Source: a virus (lineage: Duplodnaviria; Caudoviricetes). From it: 25,279 bases of DNA. Below are positions 15,517 to 24,983 of this stretch, one piece after another (position 1 is the stretch's first letter; each line of letters starts with the position of its first letter). The translations under genes and the position numbers were made by a program. Under the pieces are notes generated by a model, which had not been told where the DNA came from, made no database searches, and saw only the letters and a list, made by a program, of their open reading frames with translations. The DNA is taken from the IMG/VR virus record IMGVR_UViG_3300030372_000525, positions 1 to 25,279 of that record; one strand, 5' to 3'.

Positions 15517-18500
15517 ATGTCGTTTCAACTTGTTACTGATCCTGAAACTAAGGAAGAGAAGTATGAATGGGTAGATAAAACAGAATCTTCTGCTGAACAG
15601 CAACGTAGAGAAACAACAGAAGCAAGAGAGAATAGAGAACCTGTTGATTTAAAAGCAGCTGCTATTGGTACAGCTAAAGCTATTCCTCGCATGTTTGTTA
15701 ATGCAGGAATTAATGCTGTTCAGGAAGGTAGCGACACAATTAGAGATATTGGTGGATACATGGGTGTAGGCGAAGGAACTTCCTTTGCAGAACCTGATAA
15801 GCCAATCCTGGGACTAGGTGACTGGAAACCAGAACCATTAGAAAGTACTGGAGTTGCTGAAGATATAGGAACAGGAATACTTCAGTTTGGCCTTGAATGG
15901 GTCATGCTTACTAAGGCTTTACGTCTTGCAAACTTTGGATTAAAGGCAACTCCTTTAGCAAAACCCTTAACAAGATTAGGAACTAAAGCAAAAAAAGTAG
16001 AAGCGGCAGGTTTAAATTTGATTGGCAAGTCTCCTATTGCACCTAGAACTCTTCAAGACGTTACAAAGTTTGGAATTAAAACAGCAACAGCAACAAGTCC
16101 TAAAGCAACTTTCATTGATTTTGCTGGCTTCGATCAATACGAAGGTCGTCTTTATGACTTAGCAGCTAATAGCAATACTTGGTTTAACAATGTAAAACAT
16201 ATTCCTATTATTAATCAGTTAGCGACAAATCCAGAAGATGAAGGATTAAAAGGTCGTTTTAAAAACGCATTAGAAGGAAATATTCTCGACCTTGCTATTG
16301 GTTCTGCTATCTCTGCAAGATCAGCTTCAAAAGTAATTAATGCAAGAGTGCAACTTGCAGAGCTACAAAAGCTAGTCAAAGGTACGCCTGAATATGCCAG
16401 GCAAATGGATAAGGTAATAGCAGCTGGAGCAAAATTAGAAACTGTTCCTGAAATTAAAACTGCGACTGTTGATAATAGAGTAAAAACAAGAAGACAAAAG
16501 ATAACTCAACCCGTTGATATTGTTAAAGAAAGACGAGTTAAAGTTGAAGGTGATCTTGATTCAATCAGACAACAAATAGAAGAGCTAGGCCCAGAACCAC
16601 CAAGACCAGGCAAAGGCCAAACTAGAACTAAAGAAGGGAAATGGACTCCTGCTTTTAAAAGATGGGATAAATGGAATAGAAGGAATAAATCACTACAAAC
16701 TCGACTAACAGAATTAACAACTCAAGCAGACGAAGCACCTCTTCCTCCTAGTACAAGAGAAATCTCAGACGATTCTCTTAAGACAACAGATACAGGTGAA
16801 ATGCGTGTCGATGACCAGAACTGGTATGACCAAGAAGGCAGACCTCTTGCTGGTGCAGATGCTTCTAATGAAGACTTATATAGAAATGCCTTTATGCAAA
16901 GGGCTAAGGATATTGCTGATGGAATTGAGTCAGGTGATCTTCCTTATTTCTATGGCAAGGAAGGAAAAGTAGATGAATCAATAGCAGCACAAGTAATCGA
17001 AGGTCGTTCTATTAGTGAGATTATTGAAAACTTAAAAAGAAATATTCCTAAAGCATTTGCTCCTATTGGAGAAGCAAAAGGAGTTAGTCTTTCAGCTTAT
17101 AGAGGTGCAGAAAAAATAATCAAACGACTTAAAGATCAAGTAGGTAAACAGGGTTTTAGTCGTTCACAAAGCGAAGGCATTGAAGAATTTATAGATACTA
17201 TTGGTCGTCATTTATTTGATGATGTTGCATTTAGTTTTAATAGCAAAATTGGAGCACCTGGGCAATTTAGTTTTACTAAAAAGCTAGTAGAAATTAGAAG
17301 TAAAGTAATACAATCAGGCGATTTTGAAGAAACAATGATCCATGAATTATGGCATAGTTTATCAAGATATTTACCTGAAGCAGATTTAAAAAGATATTTT
17401 AAAGAATGGAAAAATCAAAGGGCAAAGTATGAAGCAAGCATGAAGAAGAAGTTTAAATTTTATGATGAAGATGGGACACCTTCGGGTATGAAAAAGATGA
17501 AGAAAATAATGAAGGAAGCTCAGACGAAAGCAAATGCAGAATTAAAAGCAACAGGAACAATTTCAGAAGCAACTATAAAAGAAATAGAAGACATAGCCAA
17601 TCACTCTCTTGCTTATACAGAATTTACAAACTTCTTATCTGGGAAAGCATATACAAAACAAAACTATAGATTTAAAGAAGTAGATGAATATTTTGCAGAG
17701 ATGCTAACAGATCATTTCATGCTTAATTATACACCAGTTGATTTTGCACCAAAAGGAACATTTAGAAGACTTGTTCAAGAAATAGGAATCTTCTTTAAAG
17801 AATTATGGATTGAAATTCAAGCAAGAATAGGCCCACATAATACTGAAAAAATATTCAATGATTATCTAAAAGGAAGGAATAAGAAAAAGCTTAGAAAATA
17901 TTCATTGGAAACATATTTTGAACCAGAAATAATTGAAAGAATAAAAAATCAATATTTAGAAAAAGGAATCGAAATCAATGAAGCAGCACAAGAATTTAAT
18001 GTTGTTCATGGTTCAGCTTTCGATGATGGCTTTACAAAACAAAGAGTTAATTTTGAACCTGATGAATTAGCAGATCTTGCTGACTTTATTAGTAGCTTTG
18101 AAGATCCAACTTATGACAAACTTCTTAGAAAAATAGAAGCTTATATCTATCCAGAGAAAGGTGCAAAGAAAGCTCCTTATCCTATTAATGAAAAAGATGG
18201 AGAAAGGATAGATGATCTCCTAGATATTCTTGAAGAAGAAAGTCCTAAGACATACAGAGAATGGGAATGGATGCGTAATGAGCCTGTTGAGACTTCAGCT
18301 GAAAGAAAGATAAGAACAGATGCAGAAGATCAAGCTCGCTTTGAAGAAGAGTCAAGACTGTATGAAGAAGAACAAGCTCGTTTAGATGAGGATCAAACTG
18401 TCTTAGATCAAGACCAAGCTAGGCAAGAAGCAGGTGATGATCCCCGTGGTTTTTACGAACAGGAAGCAAAAGTCTATGACGAAGAACAAGCCAGACAAGG

Positions 18501-21500
18501 ACAAGAACCTGCTGGTGGAAAGAGAACAGAAGAAGAAGTAGAAGGTTTAAGTGAAGATGTTATAGAAGCATTTGAAAAAATTAATTCTGGAGAAGCAGAT
18601 CTATTAGATACTCCAGCTGCATGGCAAGACGTAACTACTCTTAGATCTCCAAAAGGAAGAGAATACTATCCAGGTTCTAGTGCTAAAGGAGGAGACTTTG
18701 AAGTAATCCTTGATGCTATTACTCATCGCTTCGACAAAATAATGGAAACAGGAATGTGGTCTGTAAGTCCACAAAGAATTGCAAAAGAATTAGGAGCAGT
18801 ATTTAAAGAACAAGGTATTAATTTAGATGCAATTCTGTATGACAAAGGGCTTATAGATGCAACAGAAGTCTTTGCTAATAACGTAGAAAATATTACTAAC
18901 TTATTAAAAATAAGATTTGGATTAAATTTTGCAGGTGAACAATCAGCAAAATGGGCACGTTTGGTTTATCAATCAGCAGAGAATCCTTCTATTAATAAAG
19001 CAGATGCAATAGCAGAAATGATGCGGCATCTAGAAACAACTCTACAATTTTCTAGGGTTTATCAAACTTGGACTAGAAGTGCAGGTCAATTATTAAATAG
19101 TGCTCAGGCAGAAATAATTGCAGATGGATTAACAGAATCGACTAAAAGAACAAAATTAAACTTCGATAAAATTACAGCCTTAAGTGAAGCAGCACAAGTA
19201 CCAGCTCAAACTATCGTTTCTAATCTTCCAGATGAAATTTTAACAGCAATGAAAACAGGAGAGTGGACTCCTGAAACAGAAGGATTTTTCGATCAATTAG
19301 TTATGTATGCAATGAATACAAATTCACAAGCAGGAATTAAAACCCTTCAAGATTACATAGGTGCAAGTACTAAAGCACAAGGAATGAGAAGGAAACCAAC
19401 TATAACTAACTACGAAAAGATAGGTAAAGGACTTGCTAACTATTGGGTTAATAATCTTCTTTCTGCTGCTGGAACATGGGCTGTTCAATTCTCAGGTCTT
19501 GGTAGAGCAGGAATAGAACCTTTATCAATGTCTCTAACTGCATTAGGCAGTAGAGATTTAAAACACGCAAGATTGGCACTAATGCAATATGACTACTTAA
19601 GAAGATCATTTTATGGTGCTCTTAAATTAGGAGCAAAAGCATTTGAGATAGGACAATCTTTATATGACCCTAAAGTTCGTACAGCAGCTTTTGCTTCGGA
19701 TCTAGCTGATGAAGCTAATATTAATGCTACTTATGCAAAAGATCGTGCTTATCAATTAGATGATCCTCATCCATCTTTCGATCTAAACACCAGTCCATTT
19801 ACACTGGAAGCAAAAGGAAATCCTGGTTTAAATGTTGCAAATGTTTTATGGAGATTAGGTACTTGGAATATTAGAGGGCAATTAGCATTAGATACTTTTA
19901 CAAAAGCTATTTCTGGCAATGCTCTTTCTTATGTAACTGGAGTAGATCAAGGATTAACTAAAGGAAAAAGTTTAGGTTTAAAAGGAATCGAATTACAAAA
20001 CTATGCAAGAAAATATGCTGAAGGAAGAATTGATTTTTATACTTTTGATGCTGTTGTAAATGGAGAAACGATTGCAGATGCTTTGATGAAAGATGAAGCA
20101 GCAATACAAATGGGAAGGATACTTACTTTTACTAATGAAACTAGAGCAAGGATGCCAGCTCGAAACTATCAATATGGAGAAGAATTAGCAAAGGCAAGAG
20201 GTATAACTGATGAAAAAGAAATAGCTAAATTTGCCGAGTTATACCAACAAGGAGGACATTTAGAAGGACTTGAAAAAAGGTATAACAATTTTACTCAAGG
20301 TAATGTTTTAAATGAAGCAAAGAATAATCAAAGTCTTCCAGATTCAGGCGAAGTAACACCTGTAATAACTTCTCTTTGGTCGCAAATACCAATGAGATGG
20401 GGAAAACTTCAAGCCTCTAAACATGGCTTTTGGGCTAGTTTTATACAACCTTTCAACAGATCACCAGGAGATATAACAAAACAATGGGTTAGACAAATCC
20501 CTGGTGCAGCAATGACAGTTGATAGTTTTTATGCAGATCTATTTAATGAAAACTATTTCCTTCGTAACAGATGGAAAGCAGAACAAGCAACAGGTTTAGC
20601 AGCTTCAGCTGTATTTGCAACGACTGTATTAAATGACGAAGAGTTCCCTATTGAGTTCACAGGCTTTGGACCAAATGATCCAGGTCTAAGAAAATCATGG
20701 ACAGATAATGAAAGACCTCCACTATCTTGGAGATGGAGAGGAAGAGATAAAGACGGTAATCCTAGTTATGGTAAATGGCGTTCTTATAGAGGATTTGAAC
20801 CTGCTGCAACATTTATAGGTGGATTAGCAGATTACAAAATGCTATATGCAGATATGTCGGAAGAGCAAAGAGATAGTTTGATTGGTGGTTTTTCTATGTC
20901 AATAACAGCTCAAGTTGTAGCAGGTAGATTTAATGCTACTTATTACAAAGGTATTACTGAATTTCTTGATGCAGTTGGATTAATGCGTAATGTTCTTCCA
21001 GGTAGAAGAGAAATGGAACCATCTGAAAGAACAAAATTAGATAGATATGTTCAAAGATTATTAATTAATTTCATACCAGAATCAAGTCGATTAAGAGAAG
21101 TAAGTAGAGCAATAGATCCATATAAGAGAGAAATAGATTCAGGAGTTAATCCAAAAGAAGCTTTTGAAGAAGTAGATAAAGGACTTGTTCAGATAACAGA
21201 CAATCAAGGTCGTATCATTTATTTAGAAAAGAAAGATGTAGAAGGAATGAGTGGTACAGATGAAATGATGAACTTTATTTCTAGTCGTTTTAGACAAACA
21301 TTAGATGAAATGAAAAATAATCTTCCAGGTTTTTCTAAGAGATTACCTCCGAGAATTAATTGGATAACAGGATTACCAATAAGAAATAAAGGTTTCTTAG
21401 GTAGTAATCAATTACCTATGGATGATGCTCCTTGGTTATCACAATTAACAGCTGCTTATTTTGGAACAATAAAAGGAGCTGTTAGTAACTTTGGCATAGG

Positions 21501-22074
21501 AGCAACAGGTCAAGAGTTTGATCCAAGATTAGAGATTCAGAAAAAGAAAGGAACAGAAACTTATGAATATAAAGCAGCTATTGTTAATGATGAATTTATT
21601 AAATTAAATAGAGCTGGAGATGTTTTTGAACCACCAAGACCTACAGACTTTATGATTCAAGGCGTAAGGTTAAGTCCTCCTGCTTTTAGAAAATACAAGG
21701 AATATATCTATACCCTTCCACATCCTGAATATGGTGGATTAACTTTAACTGAAGCGTTATACCAAAGAATTTCATCTAAAGATTATCAAGCTCAAGATTA
21801 TAAAGTTCATCCAATTGACGGTAAAGATCCATTAGAAGGCTTTGATAGATCAGATGAAATCCAAGAAATCATTAATGATTATAAGAATCAAGCTAAAGAG
21901 GTATTTAGAACAGACGGACAAAATCCATATAGAATGGAGATTCAAATCCCAGAAGCTCGCTTAGATGCAGCCAATGAAGAGAAAGAACAACTAAGAAGAA
22001 GTGGGCCGCTATACAATCGAAGCGATAGTATGGGAACAAGTACCCAAGAATTTACTGCTCAACTCAATCAGTAG
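15517..22074 (+). CDS. gp16: Internal virion protein D (gp16 position), 2185 aa, with internal HExxH metallopeptidase-like domain
   Basis: Largest ORF, located between gp15 and the tail fibre. N-terminal EDEGLKGRFKNALEG, C-terminal core motifs (NNLLS, QPF.RSP, YRGFEP, YYKGI..F), and internal HELWH...EYFAE. Confidence 0.82.
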   Translation: MSFQLVTDPETKEEKYEWVDKTESSAEQQRRETTEARENREPVDLKAAAIGTAKAIPRMFVNAGINAVQEGSDTIRDIGGYMGVGEGTSFAEPDKPILGLGDWKPEPLESTGVAEDIGTGILQFGLEWVMLTKALRLANFGLKATPLAKPLTRLGTKAKKVEAAGLNLIGKSPIAPRTLQDVTKFGIKTATATSPKATFIDFAGFDQYEGRLYDLAANSNTWFNNVKHIPIINQLATNPEDEGLKGRFKNALEGNILDLAIGSAISARSASKVINARVQLAELQKLVKGTPEYARQMDKVIAAGAKLETVPEIKTATVDNRVKTRRQKITQPVDIVKERRVKVEGDLDSIRQQIEELGPEPPRPGKGQTRTKEGKWTPAFKRWDKWNRRNKSLQTRLTELTTQADEAPLPPSTREISDDSLKTTDTGEMRVDDQNWYDQEGRPLAGADASNEDLYRNAFMQRAKDIADGIESGDLPYFYGKEGKVDESIAAQVIEGRSISEIIENLKRNIPKAFAPIGEAKGVSLSAYRGAEKIIKRLKDQVGKQGFSRSQSEGIEEFIDTIGRHLFDDVAFSFNSKIGAPGQFSFTKKLVEIRSKVIQSGDFEETMIHELWHSLSRYLPEADLKRYFKEWKNQRAKYEASMKKKFKFYDEDGTPSGMKKMKKIMKEAQTKANAELKATGTISEATIKEIEDIANHSLAYTEFTNFLSGKAYTKQNYRFKEVDEYFAEMLTDHFMLNYTPVDFAPKGTFRRLVQEIGIFFKELWIEIQARIGPHNTEKIFNDYLKGRNKKKLRKYSLETYFEPEIIERIKNQYLEKGIEINEAAQEFNVVHGSAFDDGFTKQRVNFEPDELADLADFISSFEDPTYDKLLRKIEAYIYPEKGAKKAPYPINEKDGERIDDLLDILEEESPKTYREWEWMRNEPVETSAERKIRTDAEDQARFEEESRLYEEEQARLDEDQTVLDQDQARQEAGDDPRGFYEQEAKVYDEEQARQGQEPAGGKRTEEEVEGLSEDVIEAFEKINSGEADLLDTPAAWQDVTTLRSPKGREYYPGSSAKGGDFEVILDAITHRFDKIMETGMWSVSPQRIAKELGAVFKEQGINLDAILYDKGLIDATEVFANNVENITNLLKIRFGLNFAGEQSAKWARLVYQSAENPSINKADAIAEMMRHLETTLQFSRVYQTWTRSAGQLLNSAQAEIIADGLTESTKRTKLNFDKITALSEAAQVPAQTIVSNLPDEILTAMKTGEWTPETEGFFDQLVMYAMNTNSQAGIKTLQDYIGASTKAQGMRRKPTITNYEKIGKGLANYWVNNLLSAAGTWAVQFSGLGRAGIEPLSMSLTALGSRDLKHARLALMQYDYLRRSFYGALKLGAKAFEIGQSLYDPKVRTAAFASDLADEANINATYAKDRAYQLDDPHPSFDLNTSPFTLEAKGNPGLNVANVLWRLGTWNIRGQLALDTFTKAISGNALSYVTGVDQGLTKGKSLGLKGIELQNYARKYAEGRIDFYTFDAVVNGETIADALMKDEAAIQMGRILTFTNETRARMPARNYQYGEELAKARGITDEKEIAKFAELYQQGGHLEGLEKRYNNFTQGNVLNEAKNNQSLPDSGEVTPVITSLWSQIPMRWGKLQASKHGFWASFIQPFNRSPGDITKQWVRQIPGAAMTVDSFYADLFNENYFLRNRWKAEQATGLAASAVFATTVLNDEEFPIEFTGFGPNDPGLRKSWTDNERPPLSWRWRGRDKDGNPSYGKWRSYRGFEPAATFIGGLADYKMLYADMSEEQRDSLIGGFSMSITAQVVAGRFNATYYKGITEFLDAVGLMRNVLPGRREMEPSERTKLDRYVQRLLINFIPESSRLREVSRAIDPYKREIDSGVNPKEAFEEVDKGLVQITDNQGRIIYLEKKDVEGMSGTDEMMNFISSRFRQTLDEMKNNLPGFSKRLPPRINWITGLPIRNKGFLGSNQLPMDDAPWLSQLTAAYFGTIKGAVSNFGIGATGQEFDPRLEIQKKKGTETYEYKAAIVNDEFIKLNRAGDVFEPPRPTDFMIQGVRLSPPAFRKYKEYIYTLPHPEYGGLTLTEALYQRISSKDYQAQDYKVHPIDGKDPLEGFDRSDEIQEIINDYKNQAKEVFRTDGQNPYRMEIQIPEARLDAANEEKEQLRRSGPLYNRSDSMGTSTQEFTAQLNQ

Positions 22075-22081
22075 CTAAACC

Positions 22082-24364
22082 ATGCCTTACGCTTTTGATA
22101 CTTATTCAGGGAACGGTTCGTTAACTGATTTCAATATCTCCTTCCCTTACATTAACGAAGACCATGTAAAGGTTTACGTTAATTATACGCAGACCTCTTT
22201 TACCTTTGAACCAAATAAATCTACTGCTCGTTTAGGGAGTGCTCCTGCTAATGGAGCTGTTGTAGAAGTTAGAAGAATTACACCTCTTGCTAATGTTCTT
22301 GTCGATTATGCAGATGGATCAACTCTTACAGCTGGAGACTTAGATACTAATAACCTTCAACACTTATATATAGAACAAGAATTAGATGATATTCAAAACA
22401 AAGCTATAGCTCTATCTCCTACTACTGGTCTTGCTACAGCTAATAGCAGAAGAGTAACAGAAGTAGCAGATCCAACAGCAGCACAGGATGCAGCGACAAA
22501 AAACTATGTAGATACAACAAGGCAACCAGTAGATGCTGAACTAACAGAACTCGCAACAATGAGTTCAGGTACAGCTTCTTCTCTAGCTGATCTAACTAAT
22601 ACAGAAGTCCAGATTCTAGATGGAGCAACAGTTAGTACTACTGAATTAAATAAATTAGAGGGAGTAACTGCTACGACAGCAGAGATTAACTATGTCGATG
22701 GTGTAACTTCTAATGTCCAGACTCAGCTAGATGCAAAGCAACCGTTAGATGCAGAGTTGACTGAGCTTGCAACAATGGCAAGTGATACAGCTAGTTCTTT
22801 AGCAGACTTAACAGCAGCAGAAGTTCAAGCTTTAGATGGTGTTACTGCGACAGCTGCTGAGTTAAATATTCTTGATGGTGTTACTGCGACAGCTGCTGAA
22901 CTTAACTATGTAGATGGAGTCACGTCCAATGTTCAGACTCAATTAAATGCGAAGCAACCTCTTGATGGAGAACTAACAACTCTTGGAGGGATGCCATCAG
23001 GTACTGCATCTCTTCTTGCAAGTAGTACGGAACTTACTTCAACAACTGCTGAATTAAATTTATTAGATGGTAAGAGTGTTGTTACGTCAGTTAGCGGAAG
23101 TTCAACAGATGTTCAACTACCAACTGCAAAAGCTGTTAACGATCAGATAGTTAGTTTATTAAATGATGCTGGTGGTTTTGTACCAATAGCAAATGAAGTA
23201 TCTTTTCCAAATGCTAACCCTGATCCTAATGATGGAGCAGGTACTATTGTTTCAATTGCAGATGCAGGAGGAGTTGTAGTTAATGGATCTGGAGTAAGTA
23301 CAACAGGTCGAACATTAGGTGGAGCGACAGTAACTATAAATGGAATTGATTCTTCTCTTAACAGTTCAACAATAGCTGCTGGCAAAGGGATGTTAGTTCA
23401 AACAACTAGCACCTTAAATACATACACATATCACAGACTTGTTGTAGATGAAGCAGGTGTTGCTAATGCTCAATCACTTGTTTCTGATTTTGGAGATAGG
23501 TATCAAATAGCTGGCAGTGCGCCAACACAACATCCTGACAGCAGTGCTTTAGTAGAAGGGGATCTTTGGTTTGATACTTCTGCAAATGTAATGAAGGTCT
23601 ATGACGGATCTAACTATGCAGCAGTAACTTCAGTCGGTGACTATAAATTATTAACTGTTGTCCCTGATGGAGCTACTTCGGGTACTCCTGTATTTAATGG
23701 AAGTAATGTAAGTTTTGATTTAAGAGATAGTGGCAATGCAGCAAGTATTACCAGTGTTGGACAACTATTAGTCAGCTTGAATGGAGTACTACAAAAACCA
23801 AACTCAGGTAGTTGGAGTGCAAGTAACGAGGGTTTTCATTTAGAAGGATCATTAGGAATTAAATTCTGTACTGCACCTCCAGCTGGTTCATCTCTATTTG
23901 TTACTCAGATAGGAACTGCTACTGGAGTTAATGTTCCTGCTACTAACAGTATTGTTGAAGCTGCTATTCAAACGAATGTAGTTAGCGAAGAAAAATTAAA
24001 GATTAGTAATTCACCGACTAATGGTTACTATCTCCAAGCTCAGTCTGGAAATAGTGGAGGTTTAACTTGGGCTGCTGTTGCTCAGTACTCCACACCTCTA
24101 ACAACAAGAGGAGATATTCTTTATCGAGATGCTTCAGGAGATCAAAGATTAGCTAAGGGGACTGATGGACAATTCTTAAAGATTGGAGCGAATGATCCAG
24201 TATGGGCTGATGTTATAGGTGCTGTAGCAGATGGTTGCTTGTATGAAAATAGTCAGTCGATCACTAATAATTACACGATAGCTTCAGGGAAAGGCGCACA
24301 TGCGGTTGGCCCTCTAGCAATTTCTGCTACCCTAACTATTAACGGGGTTCTGGCTATCAGCTAA
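22082..24364 (+). CDS. gp17: Tail fibre protein (T7 gp17-like N-terminal anchor)
   Basis: N-terminal Y.GNGS..DF.I.FPYI....VKV.VN...V.VRR.TP...L...DL domain, DP..AQDAATKNYVD, shaft repeats, GDLWFD, LTTRGDILYR...RL..G..GQ.L and terminal YEN...I..NYTI....A..VGP. Confidence 0.93.
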   Translation: MPYAFDTYSGNGSLTDFNISFPYINEDHVKVYVNYTQTSFTFEPNKSTARLGSAPANGAVVEVRRITPLANVLVDYADGSTLTAGDLDTNNLQHLYIEQELDDIQNKAIALSPTTGLATANSRRVTEVADPTAAQDAATKNYVDTTRQPVDAELTELATMSSGTASSLADLTNTEVQILDGATVSTTELNKLEGVTATTAEINYVDGVTSNVQTQLDAKQPLDAELTELATMASDTASSLADLTAAEVQALDGVTATAAELNILDGVTATAAELNYVDGVTSNVQTQLNAKQPLDGELTTLGGMPSGTASLLASSTELTSTTAELNLLDGKSVVTSVSGSSTDVQLPTAKAVNDQIVSLLNDAGGFVPIANEVSFPNANPDPNDGAGTIVSIADAGGVVVNGSGVSTTGRTLGGATVTINGIDSSLNSSTIAAGKGMLVQTTSTLNTYTYHRLVVDEAGVANAQSLVSDFGDRYQIAGSAPTQHPDSSALVEGDLWFDTSANVMKVYDGSNYAAVTSVGDYKLLTVVPDGATSGTPVFNGSNVSFDLRDSGNAASITSVGQLLVSLNGVLQKPNSGSWSASNEGFHLEGSLGIKFCTAPPAGSSLFVTQIGTATGVNVPATNSIVEAAIQTNVVSEEKLKISNSPTNGYYLQAQSGNSGGLTWAAVAQYSTPLTTRGDILYRDASGDQRLAKGTDGQFLKIGANDPVWADVIGAVADGCLYENSQSITNNYTIASGKGAHAVGPLAISATLTINGVLAIS
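22523..23071 (+). repeat. Nested tandem repeats in the fibre shaft: 216-bp (72-aa) unit x~2.5 containing 39-bp (13-aa) subunits
   Basis: QP(V/L)D(A/G)ELT recurs at 22523, 22739 and 22955. An exact 26-nt repeat gatggtgttactgcgacagctgctga occurs at 22835 and 22874. Confidence 0.92.
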
Positions 24365-24373
24365 AATAAAACT

Positions 24374-24982
24374 ATGGCACTCACGTTAAACGGATCGAAT
24401 AATACAATCGCAGGTGTAGCAGTAGGCGGCTTACCTGATGGAATAGTAGATAATGATACGATTGCTAATACTACTATTGCAGAGGGTAAGTTAGCAGCAG
24501 GTGTTAATACAATTCAAGAATTTGATAACTGGATGGTTAATGCAGATTGGAGTGCTGGTGCTGCGGATGTAACAAGTAATTGGGAAAGAATGGATCAAGT
24601 TGGTTTTAATAAAATAGGAACTGGCTTGACTCAATCTTCTGGAATTTTCACCTTTCCAAGAACAGGTATTTGGAATATACAATTTGGAATGACATATTAC
24701 TTAGGAGGATCAGCAGCTAGATATGTAGGTGGACATATCTATGTTTCCACAAATGGTAGTGGAGGTACTTTTTATGAAAGTGCAACTACCTATACCAATA
24801 ATTATGATCAAAGTGGTAGCAATGCTTATGGAAGTACGATTGCTAATTACACTTTAGATGTCACTAATACAACCAATTGTGTTTGTAAATTTCGCACAGC
24901 TGCATCAGAAACCGTTACTTATGTTGGACATACGACAAGAAATTGTACTTATGCCACTTTTCTTAGAGTAGGAGACACATAA
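24374..24982 (+). CDS. Second tail-fibre / putative receptor-binding protein with C1q/TNF-like beta domain
   Basis: N-terminal VGGLPDGIVD, then SSGIFTFPRTGIWNIQF and an aromatic, beta-rich C-terminus; directly follows the fibre gene. Confidence 0.68.
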   Translation: MALTLNGSNNTIAGVAVGGLPDGIVDNDTIANTTIAEGKLAAGVNTIQEFDNWMVNADWSAGAADVTSNWERMDQVGFNKIGTGLTQSSGIFTFPRTGIWNIQFGMTYYLGGSAARYVGGHIYVSTNGSGGTFYESATTYTNNYDQSGSNAYGSTIANYTLDVTNTTNCVCKFRTAASETVTYVGHTTRNCTYATFLRVGDT

Positions 24983-24983
24983 A

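Noticed and set aside
22523-23071. Fibre repeats as a CRISPR array or diversity-generating retroelement template/variable pair
   Set aside because: The repeats are in-frame coding units without unique spacers or adenine-specific mismatches, and no cas or reverse transcriptase gene is present.
460-24682. All minus-strand ORFs in the track (460-654, 883-1119, 1502-1792, 4419-4634, 7050-7244, 8279-8461, 13234-13482, 14415-14630, 14712-14903, 23143-23385, 24491-24682)
   Set aside because: They are short, lie antisense to well-supported genes, have no motifs, and T7-like genomes are transcribed from one strand.
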